DNA of 32,147 bases from Octopus bimaculoides (Eukaryota), in NCBI RefSeq assembly GCF_001194135.2, contig NC_069007.1, forward strand, positions 5,905,643 to 5,937,789, given 5' to 3'. Positions 9,870 to 21,984 of the stretch are shown here, piece after piece (the stretch's first letter is position 1; each line of letters starts with the position of its first letter). The notes under the pieces are model-generated. The model saw only the letters and a program-made list of their open reading frames with translations, was not told where the DNA came from and ran no database searches. The translations under genes and the position numbers were made by a program.

Positions 9870-11070
9870 TAATAATTATAATAATAATAATGATGATACT
9901 TTCTACTATAGGCACAAGACCTGAAATTCTTGGGGAGGGGGATAGTCAATTACATCGACCCCAGTACACAACTGGTGCTTAGTTTATCTACTCTGAAAGG
10001 ATGAAAGGCAAAGTCCATCTCAGCAGAATTTTATCTCACAATGTGCAGATGACCAAAATGCTACAAAGTATTTTTCCCAGCTTGCTAAGGGTTCTGCCAA
10101 CAAGCCACTCCAATAAGGATTATAATAACAATAATAATAATTTCAAATTCTGAGACAAAGCCAATAGTTTCCAGGGAGATAGTAAGTTGATTACATCATC
10201 CCCAGTGCATAACTGGTACTTATTTCATCAACCCTGAAAGGCTAAAAGGCAAAATTGTCCTCGATAGAATTTGAACTCAGAACGAAAAAATAAATCAAAC
10301 GCTGCTGAGCATGCTAACGATTCTGGCAGCTCACCATCATCATCATCATCATCATAAGAAGAAGAAGAATCCTTTCTACTAAAGGCACAAGACCTGAAAT
10401 TTTGGGGGAGGGACTAGTCAATTACATTGACCCCAGTGTTTCACTGGTACTTAGTTTATTGCCCCTTAGAGGATAAAAAGGCAAAACTGATCAGAATTTG
10501 AACTCGAGCATAAAGACAGATGAAATACCACTAAGCATTTTGCCTGGCATGTTAAGGATTCTACCAGCCCACCGCCATAATAATAATAATAATAATAATA
10601 ATCCTTTCTACTAAAGGCACAAAGACTGAAATTTGGAGGAAGGAGACCAGTTGATTACATTGATCCCAGTGCATAACTGGTACTTAATTTATCTACACTG
10701 ACAGAATTAAAGGTGAAACCGACCTCAGCAGGATTTGAAATCAGAACATAAAGACAATTGAAAAGCCAATAAGCATTTTGCATGATGTACTAATAATTCT
10801 GCCAGTTTACCACCTTTAATAATAATCCTTTCGACTGAAATTTGGGGGGAGGGGTAAAATTACACCGACTCCAACCCAGTACTCAGCTGATATTTAATTT
10901 ATTGACCCTCAATGGATTAAAGGTAAAGTTTACTTCAATAGAATTTGAAATCAGAATGTAGCAACAGGCAAAATACTAAGCATTTCATCCAACGTGCTAA
11001 AGATTCTGTTGTCTGATAATAATAATAATAATGGTTGCAAATTTTAATGAGTCTGCCAGCTTACCACTTT
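9153..11070 (-). mobile_element. Cluster of six same-orientation SINE family D copies separated by trinucleotide tracts
   Basis: Copies at ~9153-9313, 9898-10110, 10135-10337, 10368-10577, 10600-10816 and 10823-11012, plus a head scrap at ~11045-11070. Shared blocks include GATTACATCGACCCCAG, GAAAGGCAAAGTC and GAATTTGAACTCAG. The sense strand carries an A-box-like TGGCAGAATCGTTAG and a B-box-like GAGTTCAAATTC. Confidence 0.88.
9391..9834 (+). mobile_element. 5'-truncated R4/Dong-type non-LTR retrotransposon: restriction-like endonuclease C-terminus and 3' UTR, inside (AAT)n
   Basis: HTDREIKAIRPDIIVKD..CFLIDVSIP..KEMEKLSKYKDLEIE..IPIIVGALG, then after a +1 frameshift in the A8 run at 9616-9623, YSDKY..IQKIALLGTAHILRKTLSIQ* (stop 9735-9737). 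This is a PD-(D/E)xK RLE pattern. Flanked by (AAT)n at 9319-9390 and 9835-9892. Confidence 0.88.
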
Positions 11071-11080
11071 AATCATCATC

Positions 11081-11125
<45 letters not shown>

Positions 11126-11994
11126 GCAATTTCCTATTTCAGAAATTCAAACAATGATGTCACTCTGTTAGAAAAATCGGAAAAAAAAAATTAGATATCA
11201 ATTTTCCATATATTTTTCTTACCTTAATTTAAATAATTTGAATTATCATTTGCATAACTTACCTTTGTATATTTCAACAATACATTCATGAATAATAACA
11301 ACTAAGCAAAAAAAAAAAAAAAAAGACCCCTTATCAGAAAATACTAATAACAATCTAGATAATATGTTTAATTTTGCTTCCTTCTAATTACAAAAAACTG
11401 AGACCATTTCTTTTTATCTTGAATTATATGTGATCTCTATTTTACATACGGTTGTAATATATACATAATGGCCTTTTTAATTGCTAATTGTGCACTGTAT
11501 TCACACCGTAAATTATGTTGTTCCGTAATCAAAAATATACAAAATATACAAATATAAATGCTCACATGAACATTTTTGTTTTATGTGCCTGTGTAGACAG
11601 ATAAATATGTATGTATATATATATATGTGTGTGTGTATAATTATTGACGACAGAAGCAGTATCTACACCGAAAGGTAATATTTATCTCCAACTTAAAAGT
11701 GGATGTTGTGTTAGAACACAGAATAATGCCGTATTTACTACAAGAGGACTATATATATATATGTGTGTGTGTGTGTGCGTATTACTCCATTTATTAAATT
11801 TTACATTTACTTAAATACCCCAAACTAACAGGGAGTTTCTACCTCATAAACAGGTGTTACACCACAGTCATTTTTGTGATCTTTGCTACCCTAGTATCTA
11901 TTAACCAATTTATTTTGTCGGAGTTAATTGTTAACTAAGAGAAAATAAATACATATAATCAAATATATACATATATATATATATATTGAAGGTT

Positions 11995-13320
11995 ATATTA
12001 TCTTCAAATTGAAAGCAAGGGACAGGTTGGGTATGGAACTGGAAAGGCAGCCAGTTCCAAAACTACCCACCCGTCCAAAAAGGAAAAGTGTCCTTAATGC
12101 CAGCTTCAACAAAAGCAACTCCAGTCTCATCATCATCGTCTGAAGCAGAGACTGAAAGTGAATAACAAGAGTCCGAAAAATCAGATGAAGAATCCACACA
12201 AACAAGGAGGAAGTATAGCAAAACTGGAACTGCAACCAAGTTAGTATTATCTTCCAAGCTATCAACCCAAAAAGCAACAACAGTTTGTCAACAATTATCT
12301 GAAGATGGAATCAATGTCGAGACTCCTTCCCAATCTGGTATTTACAGATCGACTTTCAAAGAAGCTGTTAAACTAAAAAAGAAAATGAAGAAAACACTAC
12401 ATTTAGAAAACTGGTCATTGCCTTTTGATGGTAAACGTATTGATGACCAAGAATACCAAGCGCTAGTTTTAAAGAATAAACAGAGAGTAGTTAAGTCAGA
12501 AGCAGTCTAATTACCAAAGGGAAAAGCCGATACTGTTGTGAAAGGAATAACAGCCGTTTTAGATGAATCCAGTTTGTGGAACTGTGTAAACATGATTATC
12601 GCTGACACAACAAGTGTGAACACTGGGAAAAGAAATCGCATTGTCATTCAGTTGCAAAGACTGTTTACTCAAAAAGGTTTGAAAGAACCGCAGTTTATTG
12701 GTTGGCAGCATAATATCCTTGATAGAGTTTCTTCTTGGAGAACAAAATTCATCTCCCAATATTGAATATACATTCATCCCAGAGCTTCTAAGTAATTACG
12801 AGAAACTCCAGGCTAATCTCAACGATGGTGAAGAAAAGATTATTGAATCAGCAGGATGGTGAGATGACATGAAATTTCTATTTTACTTGACAAGAGTTTT
12901 TTGTTTCTTTGAAGAAACCAGAGATATTCATACTGTAAAGTTTCAAAAAATATCCAACTTAAGTAATGCAAGATGGAATTCTCGAGTAATACTAGCTCTT
13001 TTGGCATTTATTCTTCTACCAGAGAAAAGAGTTTTGATTCTCAATGTTTGTTGATTCATCTCTTACAGCTGGGCAGATTTTTGGTTTACTGACCAAATGT
13101 TCAATGCACAGGACTATCAGAAGTTATGTGGTAGCCTGCATGTTCGTAAAAAAGCATTGAACTCTGTAAAAGACTTTTGGCGTCGAGAACTATCAAAACT
13201 GGATATTTCTAGAACAAATCAGAGTGCAGAACGGGCAATCAAGTACCTTCAAGATATCTATGATGCTTGTAAAAAGGAGAAACTTCAGCTTCATTTTATT
13301 TGATCTAACAAAACATATTA
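11995..13320 (+). pseudogene. hAT-superfamily-like (hATm-type) DDE transposase pseudogene
   Basis: Stitched translation: YLQIESKGQVGY..WSLPFDGK..MIIADTTSVNTGKRN..FIGWQHNILDRV..GW*DDMKFL..SNARWNSRVILAL..SRTNQSAERAIKYLQ. It shows two acidic motifs (FDG, DTT), a decayed CxxH-like motif, RWNS and an AER glutamate, with several stops and frameshifts. The subfamily assignment is from recall. Confidence 0.7.
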
Positions 13321-13872
13321 ATTCTTTGTTATGTTTAAAAATTTGCGAACATTCAGCACCTTTTTTCTTATACACTTATTTAGAATTGGAATTAAACCTA
13401 TAACGTTAAAAATAAGTATTGTTTTTAATTTTGCATGTTATCAAATACTTGTAGTGGCCTCTGTCTTAAAACAGCTTCGTTTTGAACCTTTGCACTGAGA
13501 AATTTCAATTCAGTAATCTTTAAAATGTATAAATATACTTCTATTCCACATCTCTCTGGCGTTTAGAAGGATTAAGTCTGTGGAAATACTGAAGTGTGAA
13601 TCTAGTACCACCTAGTGATTATAGCTTTAAAAGCTATACTATTTCTGCTTTGCATTGAGTCAGCACACCAGATTTGATAAAAACTTGAGTAGGCGTTATG
13701 AACCCTCACTAAAATTTTGCCTGATTTGGGTCAAAAGGGATGATCGATTTCTTAAGTTGGGGGTGAAATGTTTTTCACATAAAGAAAATAAATGGTCGTT
13801 TCCTGACTTTTAAAAAATTATTCATCGAATAACAGTATAGGATTATTTAGGTTGTGAAAAAGTCATAGCCTT

Positions 13873-13900
13873 AATATATATATATATATATATATATATA

Positions 13901-13951
<51 letters not shown>
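13873..13951. repeat. (TA)n(AAT)n microsatellite
   Basis: Directly visible. Confidence 0.95.
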
Positions 13952-13952
<1 letters not shown>

Positions 13953-14109
13953 GGCATGGATTTTGTCTCTTGAGTTATTACCTCTACAAATTGCTGATAA
14001 CCAATGTTTAAAAAAAGATTTTGATTCCCCTCAATAAATCTTATATCAAATGCTTTCCTTACATGAAGATGTTCATAACCGTGCTCCATTCGTTTCCCTA
14101 AATAATTAT

Positions 14110-14316
14110 ATTTATTTATTTATTGCCCACAGCGGGACTAAACATAGAGGTGACAAACAAGGACAGACAAAGGGATTAAGTCTATAACGTTGACCCCAGT
14201 GCGTAATTAGCATTTATTTAATCGACCCCGAAAGGACGAAAGGCAAAGTCGACCTCGGCGGAATTTGAACTCGCTAAGCATTTTGCCCGGCGTACTAACG
14301 ACTCTGCCAGTTCGCC
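14110..14316 (-). mobile_element. SINE family D variant with a different 3' end and (AAAT)n tail
   Basis: Head and core match family D (CpGs retained, ~25-bp internal deletion). The 3' end reads ..GTTTAGTCCCGCTGTGGGCAATAAATAAAT instead of ..GTGCCTATAGTAGAAAGGATTATT. Confidence 0.8.
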
Positions 14317-14339
14317 TGTTGCTAATATTTATTATCTCA

Positions 14340-14880
14340 CCGAATGTCCTCAAAGTTCATAACTTAGATTTGGTTTAGCACTTAACGACACCACTTTTCT
14401 TTCTTTCGTCTTCTCTCCTTAATCAATTTTAGAGTTAAATATTTTGATCCATTTTCCCTACACAAAATCACTTCTCTCTGTGACTGAACCTTCTTAAAGT
14501 TATATAAATTCGACTCATTGTAGATGTTTTGATTCATTAAATCTTCGTAACATACACTATCGAGATTCTTTCATTCACCGTCTCTCTTTAAATATTTTGA
14601 TTAATTTTCAGTACACAACATCACTACTCCTCTCTTTCTCTCACCCTTCTCTTTCTGAATGTTCCTATAACTATATATTTCAATTCATTGAACCTTCGTA
14701 AAGCACACTATTTAGATTCGTTTTAGCACTTAACGACATTACTTTTCTTTCTTCCATCCACCTTTGCTACACACTTCCTTATTTATTTCTTCACTACTTA
14801 AACATTCTTAAAGTTAAATATTTTGATTTGTTTTCATCACATAACAACACCACTCTTCCTTCTCTCACCTCTCGTTTCAG
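14340..14880. repeat. Degenerate mosaic repeat upstream of the PLE fragment
   Basis: TTTAGCACTTAACGACA occurs at ~14373 and ~14721; AAATATTTTGAT at ~14437, ~14591 and ~14816; TTCATT.AA.CTTCGTAA at ~14533 and ~14683. Confidence 0.65.
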
Positions 14881-14902
14881 ACACCTTATTTCATTTTTTT
14901 TA

Positions 14903-15498
14903 TCTTTCATAAACACACACAACCCTGGAGTTACCAACTTGTTTCAAATTATACAATCAAACTTACCAATAGTCCTACAAAGCCCCAAAATAGGAAACCT
15001 ATTAAACAAATATTGCATAAGAAACAGTAAACACCAAGAGAAAAACCTGAAAAAACAACTAACAAGAGCAAAATTCTCACCAGAGAATAAAACCGAATTC
15101 TTTGTAAAAGAGTGTGGAGATGGTAGATGTGGGATCTGCAGTAACCCCATCTACAAATATATAGAGGGAACCAAACAAATAAAATTTAAGAGTGGTCACA
15201 CATTCAAAGTAAATATTGCAAGATGCAAAACGTAATATACTGCATAACCTGTCCCACATGCAAGGGGAATTATATAGGTGAAACTGGAAATTCTTTATGC
15301 CAACGAGCCAGAGTTCACTATCAACATGTCCGACAGGAGGAACTGCGAAAGATTCCACTGAGTGAACACTTAGAAGCATGTGGAGAAGGAAAATTTAAGG
15401 TCTTTCCCTTCTATAAATGCCCAAGGAATGACACCTTCTTCAGAACAAATATGGAACAATACTTCATTATAATGTTCTCCCCCAAACTGAATGGCTGA
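14903..15498 (+). pseudogene. Penelope-like element C-terminus: Cys-rich linker and GIY-YIG endonuclease
   Basis: THNPGVTNLFQIIQSNLP..KQLTRAKF..CGDGRCGIC.. then a frameshift near 15225 to NVIYCITCPTCKGNYIGETGNSLCQRARVH..LSEHLEAC..EQYFIIMFSPKLNG*. The VIY-x-YIG, R and E residues of GIY-YIG are present. Confidence 0.88.
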
Positions 15499-15904
15499 AG
15501 ATATGAAAATCACAGCAACTTCCCTTTAAACCCATCTATATAATAATGTCCTCAGAATGTACAAGAAATTGTATACATATCTGTTTCATTGAGATCCTCC
15601 ACAACACACTTTCCCTTGTACATTATTGCCCATCCTAATATCTTCATTTTTGTAAAGAATTGTTCCTAATCTTCATTCTTCTTGAAAAAAAAAATATATG
15701 TATATATATATAGCTGTGACTAGTGAAATATTACAATTTCTGTAATGATTTGTACTGGATGAAGAACCAATCTTGTAAAGTAAATGGTAATTTTGTATTA
15801 AACACACACACACACAGAGTTCTATACATGTGTATATACATAAATAAAAACATTCTTACATCCAGATTTTCCAACCCATACCAGCACGAGAATCAAACAT
15901 TAGA

Positions 15905-16106
15905 CAAGGATGATGATGATGATGATAATGAATCCAGACAATTTTTTCAAAATTCCTTTTATTAACTAACTTGTCATCTTCTATTGAAAGAACTGGCCAA
16001 CTGTATAGATGTAAACAATTTCTTCTTCTTCCTTTCTTCCTTCTTTCTTTCCTTCTGTTTTCCATTGACACTCCTTTCAGATACACAGGCACACACACAC
16101 ACACAT

Positions 16107-16137
<31 letters not shown>

Positions 16138-16460
16138 CATTCTCTCTCACTGGGCAGGTGATGATGATGATGATGATGATAAGTCCAGACAATTTTTTGA
16201 AAAATAACTTTTTTCAAAACAAGATCCCCCCCCCCCTTAGATAGCCACCTGGTTTTGCCATTTTTAAAGGCCAAGAATAAACTTGTCATCTTTTATTGAA
16301 AGAACTGACCAGCTCTATAGATGTAAACACATTTTTTTTCTTCTTTCTCTCTTCCTTCTTTCTTTCCTTTTCTTTTCCATTTAGACTCCTTTCAAATACA
16401 CAGACACACACACAAGCGCACACACACACACTCACATACACACACACACTCTCTCTCACT
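15905..16460. repeat. Local diverged tandem duplication containing (GAT)n, (CTT)n and (CA)n tracts
   Basis: CCAGACAATTTTT at 15934 and 16185; AACTTGTCATCTT.TATTGAAAGAACTG at 15968 and 16280. Confidence 0.8.
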
Positions 16461-16727
16461 TTCTCCCTACTCCTCACCCTCTTTTACTATCCTATATCTC
16501 TCTCCACCCCAATACACTCAATAATACTATAAAAAGAGATGAATCCCTTCAAAAAAATTTAAATCTGAAGAATCTACTAGAGTAGATGCAAGTGCTGATA
16601 TATGATTTATTAAAACATGTGACATATTAATAAAAATTTGTAGACGTACAACCATCCAGATCTCTGAGTACCTTATTTTTTCTAATATATATATATATAT
16701 AATCGTAATTGAATCAAATTCGATGAC

Positions 16728-17049
16728 TGGCACCTGTGCCAGTGGGGCACCAACAGCACCGTCCGAGTGTGATCATTGCCAGAGCAGCTGTTTGCCTTCT
16801 GTTCTATTGGCACGTAAATAGCCCCATTTGAGCATGATCATTACTAGTGTCGCCTTACTGGCCCTTGTGCCGGTGGCACGTAAAAGCACCCATTACACTC
16901 TCAGAATGGTTGGCGTTAGGAAGGGCATCCAGCTGTAGAAACTCTGCCAAATCAGATTGGAGCCTGGTGTACCCATCTGGTTCACCAATCCTCAGTCAAA
17001 TCGCCCAACCCAAGCTAGCATGGAAAGCGGATGTTAAACGATGATGATG
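16728..17049 (+). mobile_element. SINE-like family B, longest copy
   Basis: Contains GGTTGGCGTTAGGAAGGGCATCCAGCTGTAGAAAC and ends GTTAAACGATGATGATG. Confidence 0.85.
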
Positions 17050-17819
17050 TACACATTATATATATTTATGATATATATTGTATGATATATATTGTATTAT
17101 ATATATATCTATATAATACATAATGTATGCATGTGGTGAGTGTTTTCCTTTCTGTTGATGCTGCAAGTGAACAATACCTTCACACAATGTGGTGTTCTTT
17201 GTTTTATTTCATGGAAAGAAACCGCACAAATCAGAAAATATTACTTTGCTTAGAAACCAGGGGAGGGTTTGTAACAGGAAAAGCATCTGGCTGCAGGAAC
17301 TCTGCTTCATGAGCCCTATCCAGCCTTATGCAAGTATGCAAAAGTGGATGCCAACAAATTGAAATGATAATGACTAATTTAAAGGTAAGTATGAATACAT
17401 AAGCATGCACAGGAAGACTCTGTTGTCATGGCAACGAAATATATAGTTGCATTTGCATATCTTAACACTATGCTGATCCTTTAGAATCATCTCCCATTTA
17501 TATATTGTTACATCACATTAATTCATAGTTAACTAATATACATAACTTCATTAAATAGATGCAAAAAAGTAACTTTCTAAATTATGAGAAAGGTATCTGA
17601 TATTGACGTCAGAGTTTATAAGCAAAATTTAATAGAAATAAATGAGGTGGCTTATTTTATTATTTTTTTTTACCTGTTTTTCTTTTTTTCATCGTTAAGA
17701 ATGATTCATTATCATTAAAAAGAACAAACGATAATGAGGTTACTTTAATCAATCTGTGTTTTGAACAGTGAGCGGGATAAAGAGTCTAAGTTACATTCCA
17801 TATAGTGAAAGAGTGGAAA

Positions 17820-17963
17820 GCGTGTGTGTACATGCATGTGTGTATATGAACATGTGTGTATGTATGTATATGTATATCATGTATATACATGTATATACAT
17901 ATATATGTATATTTGTGTGTGTGTATAGATATATACATATACTTATATATATATATACATATA

Positions 17964-18012
<49 letters not shown>

Positions 18013-18088
18013 TTGTATGTACATACGTATATATATATGTGTATGTGTGTATATATGCATGTATATATGTGTATATATNNNNNNNNNN

Positions 18089-18145
<57 letters not shown>

Positions 18146-18222
18146 TATGGACTTTTATTGGACACTTGCATATGTGTGTGTAGGCATGTGGACACACATA
18201 TACACACACACACAAATATATG

Positions 18223-18262
<40 letters not shown>

Positions 18263-18610
18263 CTTATATCTATATTCATATTTATACATACACATGTCAA
18301 TCTTAGTTTATTCACTATCTATCTGCCTATTTATCTGTCCTTCCATCTATTTATTCATCTATCTATCAACCTGCCTATCTGTTATCTCTTTACACACACA
18401 CACACACACACAAAGATGTTGCATGCTAGACTCAACAATTTTATCTGTTTCTCTTAAATAATGCTGTGAACACAGAACACAGTTGATTATATACCAAGTT
18501 AAAATATAATCTCACACATACATAATACAAACATACACACATCCGCACACTTCCACACACACATTGTTTTATTCTTTTATTTCTTGTTTCAGTCATTAGA
18601 CGGTGCCCAT

Positions 18611-18707
<97 letters not shown>

Positions 18708-19045
18708 TAGACAGTTAGATAGACAGACAGACATGTAACTACATAGATGAAGATATAGTTATAAACATTTATTGTATGTGTGTGTGTGTGTATATGTATN
18801 NNNNNNNNNNNNNNNNNNNNNNNNNNNNNNNNNNNNNNNNNNNNNNNNNNNNNNNNNNNNNNNNNNNNNNNNNNNNNNNNNNNNNNNNNNNNNNNNNNNN
18901 NNNNNNNNNNNNNNNNNNNNNNNNNNNNNNNNNNNNNNNNNNNNNNNNNNNNNNNNNNNNNNNNNNNNNNNNATATATGTATGTCTTTGTATATATATAC
19001 ATATACACACATATATATATATACACATACACTCACCTATCTATA
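17820..19045. repeat. Long compound (TA)/(TG)/(CA)/(GA)/(CTAT) microsatellite field with two gaps
   Basis: Directly visible; accounts for all YIYI/CVCV ORFs here. Confidence 0.9.
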
Positions 19046-19194
19046 TATTTATGCATATTCCAAACTATGTTACTTTACAGTTTACAACATTTTCAATATT
19101 GTTCATGTTTCTAGCTCATAGAACATAACGTTTGCCAGTTTTATTATAAATTCTGCTCATATTTTTTTTATTTTTGTTGTTGTTGTATATTAAC

Positions 19195-19395
19195 AATACC
19201 ACCACCACCACCACCGCCATCACGATGGTGTCTGTAAGAGCATTAATTTTTATCATGTTTTACCGACCATTCTACGGCATATTTTTTTGTCATGAAAAAT
19301 AAAAAAAAATATTGAGTATAATTTAGTTTTGTGTATCAGTTCGTTATAAGGCTTCAAAAGCCAGAAAATTTTTGGTAAATTTTACTTGTCTGTAC

Positions 19396-19430
<35 letters not shown>

Positions 19431-20095
19431 CAGTAGCAGTAGTAGCTATAGGTTGTAATAAAAACATGTTTCCTTTCCTTGTAATCATTCTTATTGTGCT
19501 CATTGTCATTGTCGTCATTAACATCGTCATGACGGCCATCGCCACTGATTCTACTACCACCATCACCACCACTACCGCTCCGCTACCACTACCACCACCA
19601 CTATCTTTAAAATCCTTTCTGTCATTGTCGTAATTGTTGTCCTCATTTTTTTAATCGTCATTGTAGTCACTCTCTGAGTGGTTGGCGTTAGGAAGGGCAT
19701 CCAACTGTAGAAACTCTGCCAAATTTAGATTGGAGCCTGGTGTTGCCATCCGGTTTCACCAGTCCTCAGTCAAATCGTCCAACCCATGCTAGCATGGAAA
19801 GCGGACGTTAAACGATGATGATGATGATGATGTAGTCAACATTGTCATCGTCATCATCCTCATCATCGCTGTTGTTGCCATCAACATAATATTTGTAATT
19901 GTTGGCGGTGTCATCGTTATCATCATCATTATCATCAGAGCTGGTGTCATCATTGTCACACTCATCACTATCCTCATCATCATGAACATCATTGTCGTCA
20001 TCATCTTCATCGTCATCACCACCTCATTATCGCCATCATCTTGACTCATCATGGTCATCATTATCATCACTGTCATCATCATCATCATCATCATT
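19195..20095. repeat. Cryptic trinucleotide mosaic (ACC, AGT, CAT, CGT)
   Basis: Directly visible; interrupted by a family B copy. Confidence 0.85.
19668..19832 (+). mobile_element. Family B short copy with probable target-site duplication
   Basis: TGTAGTCA at 19662-19669 and 19831-19838 brackets the copy, which has a (GAT)n tail. Confidence 0.9.
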
Positions 20096-20582
20096 TCATT
20101 TTCAAATCTACTTTTCCATGCTGGCATGGAGTGATAGGGTCTTTTAGAGGCAATGTTTTTGTGGGCTTTTAAAAAAAATTCTTTGTTTTTGTTTTTGGTC
20201 ATCTCTGTTTTGCAGCTGAATAATCCAAAACATTGGCATATACATTGCTAACAGTATATTCTCATAGCTTATTTAACAATTCCATTGGTAGACATCATAG
20301 ACAAACTAGAAATGGTATCTCATAGAAATTTGTTGCCCACATCAACAGTTCTGAAGCCGGATACGATAATCATCAAATGTCAAGCACGTTTGTTAATACA
20401 AATTAATTTTCTTTGTGATAAATATCAGAAAGCATTTATCTTTGTGGATGATAAAAACACACAAGGTTAAGTAGCCTCTAGGATAATCTATAAAGGCATT
20501 TATCTGACCAGTGAGTGTAATTAACTTCAGGTCAGATTTATCCAACAAATAATGAAAATATATTTTATTAGGAACTTACATA

Positions 20583-21245
<663 letters not shown>

Positions 21246-21248
21246 GCA

Positions 21249-21440
21249 GGCGCAGGCATGGCTGTGTGGCAAGACGTTTGCTTCTCAACTACATAGTCTT
21301 CGGTTCTGTTCTACTGCGTGGCACCTTGAACAAGTGTCTTCTGCTACAATTGTCAGCTGATCGAAGCATTGTGAGTAAATGTAGAAAAATGGAAACTAAA
21401 AGAAGCCTCACATCATTTAATGTCTGTTTTCCATGCTGGC
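21249..21440 (+). mobile_element. Older SINE C head followed by an inverted family B tail remnant
   Basis: Head at 21249-21407, then CATCATTTAATGTCTGTTTTCCATGCTGGC at 21411-21440. Confidence 0.75.
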
Positions 21441-21571
21441 AAAAGAATGTCAGCCAATAATATCAATTCCGGTGTTAAGAGGGTACTTATCTTATTGACC
21501 CTGGAAAGATGAAATATAACATTGATTAAGGTAACTCTGATTTCAGCAGGATTCTAGCTCAGAACGTAATG

Positions 21572-21776
21572 AGACACAAGGCATGCAATTTTGGTGGCGG
21601 GGTCTAGTTGATTACATCACCCCCAGTTCATTACCACCACTTTTTTCATCAATTCTGAAAGGATGAAAGGCAAAATTGACATTGGTGGAATTTGAACTCA
21701 GAATATAAAGATGGATGAAATGCTACAAAACCATTTTTTCCAGTGTTGTAATGATTCTGCTCGCTCATTGCCTTAT
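21572..21776 (-). mobile_element. SINE family D, diverged
   Basis: GATTACATCACCCCCAG and GAAAGGCAAAATTGAC..GAATTTGAACTCAG blocks. Confidence 0.75.
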
Positions 21777-21984
21777 GAAAGGAATCTAACATTTTGAACT
21801 TAGATTGGGAGAAAGCAAGAATCCTTAGAACACAGGAAAAAAGGCCTTGCAGTTTTTGATTTGGTTTTTTAGATTCCTTACAAAATCTTGTCACGGAAAA
21901 CTTAACCATTCATCTTTTTGGGGGTCTATAAAATAAAGGACCTGTAATTCTTGTTCCTATGTTAGAAAACCTCAATTTTTGTTT

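Noticed and set aside
11650-11676. 21-nt micro-exon candidate (CAG/AAGCAG..AAAG/GTAATA)
   Set aside because: No polypyrimidine tract; such matches are expected by chance.
15495-15520. CTGAAGATATGAAA right after the GIY-YIG stop codon
   Set aside because: The 3-nt spacer is too short for stem II and stem I is weak.
17768-19128. Long ORFs (up to 229 aa) rich in YI/CV/TH, and similar poly-I/N/H/M ORFs elsewhere
   Set aside because: Translations of dinucleotide or trinucleotide microsatellites and N-gaps; no domain content.
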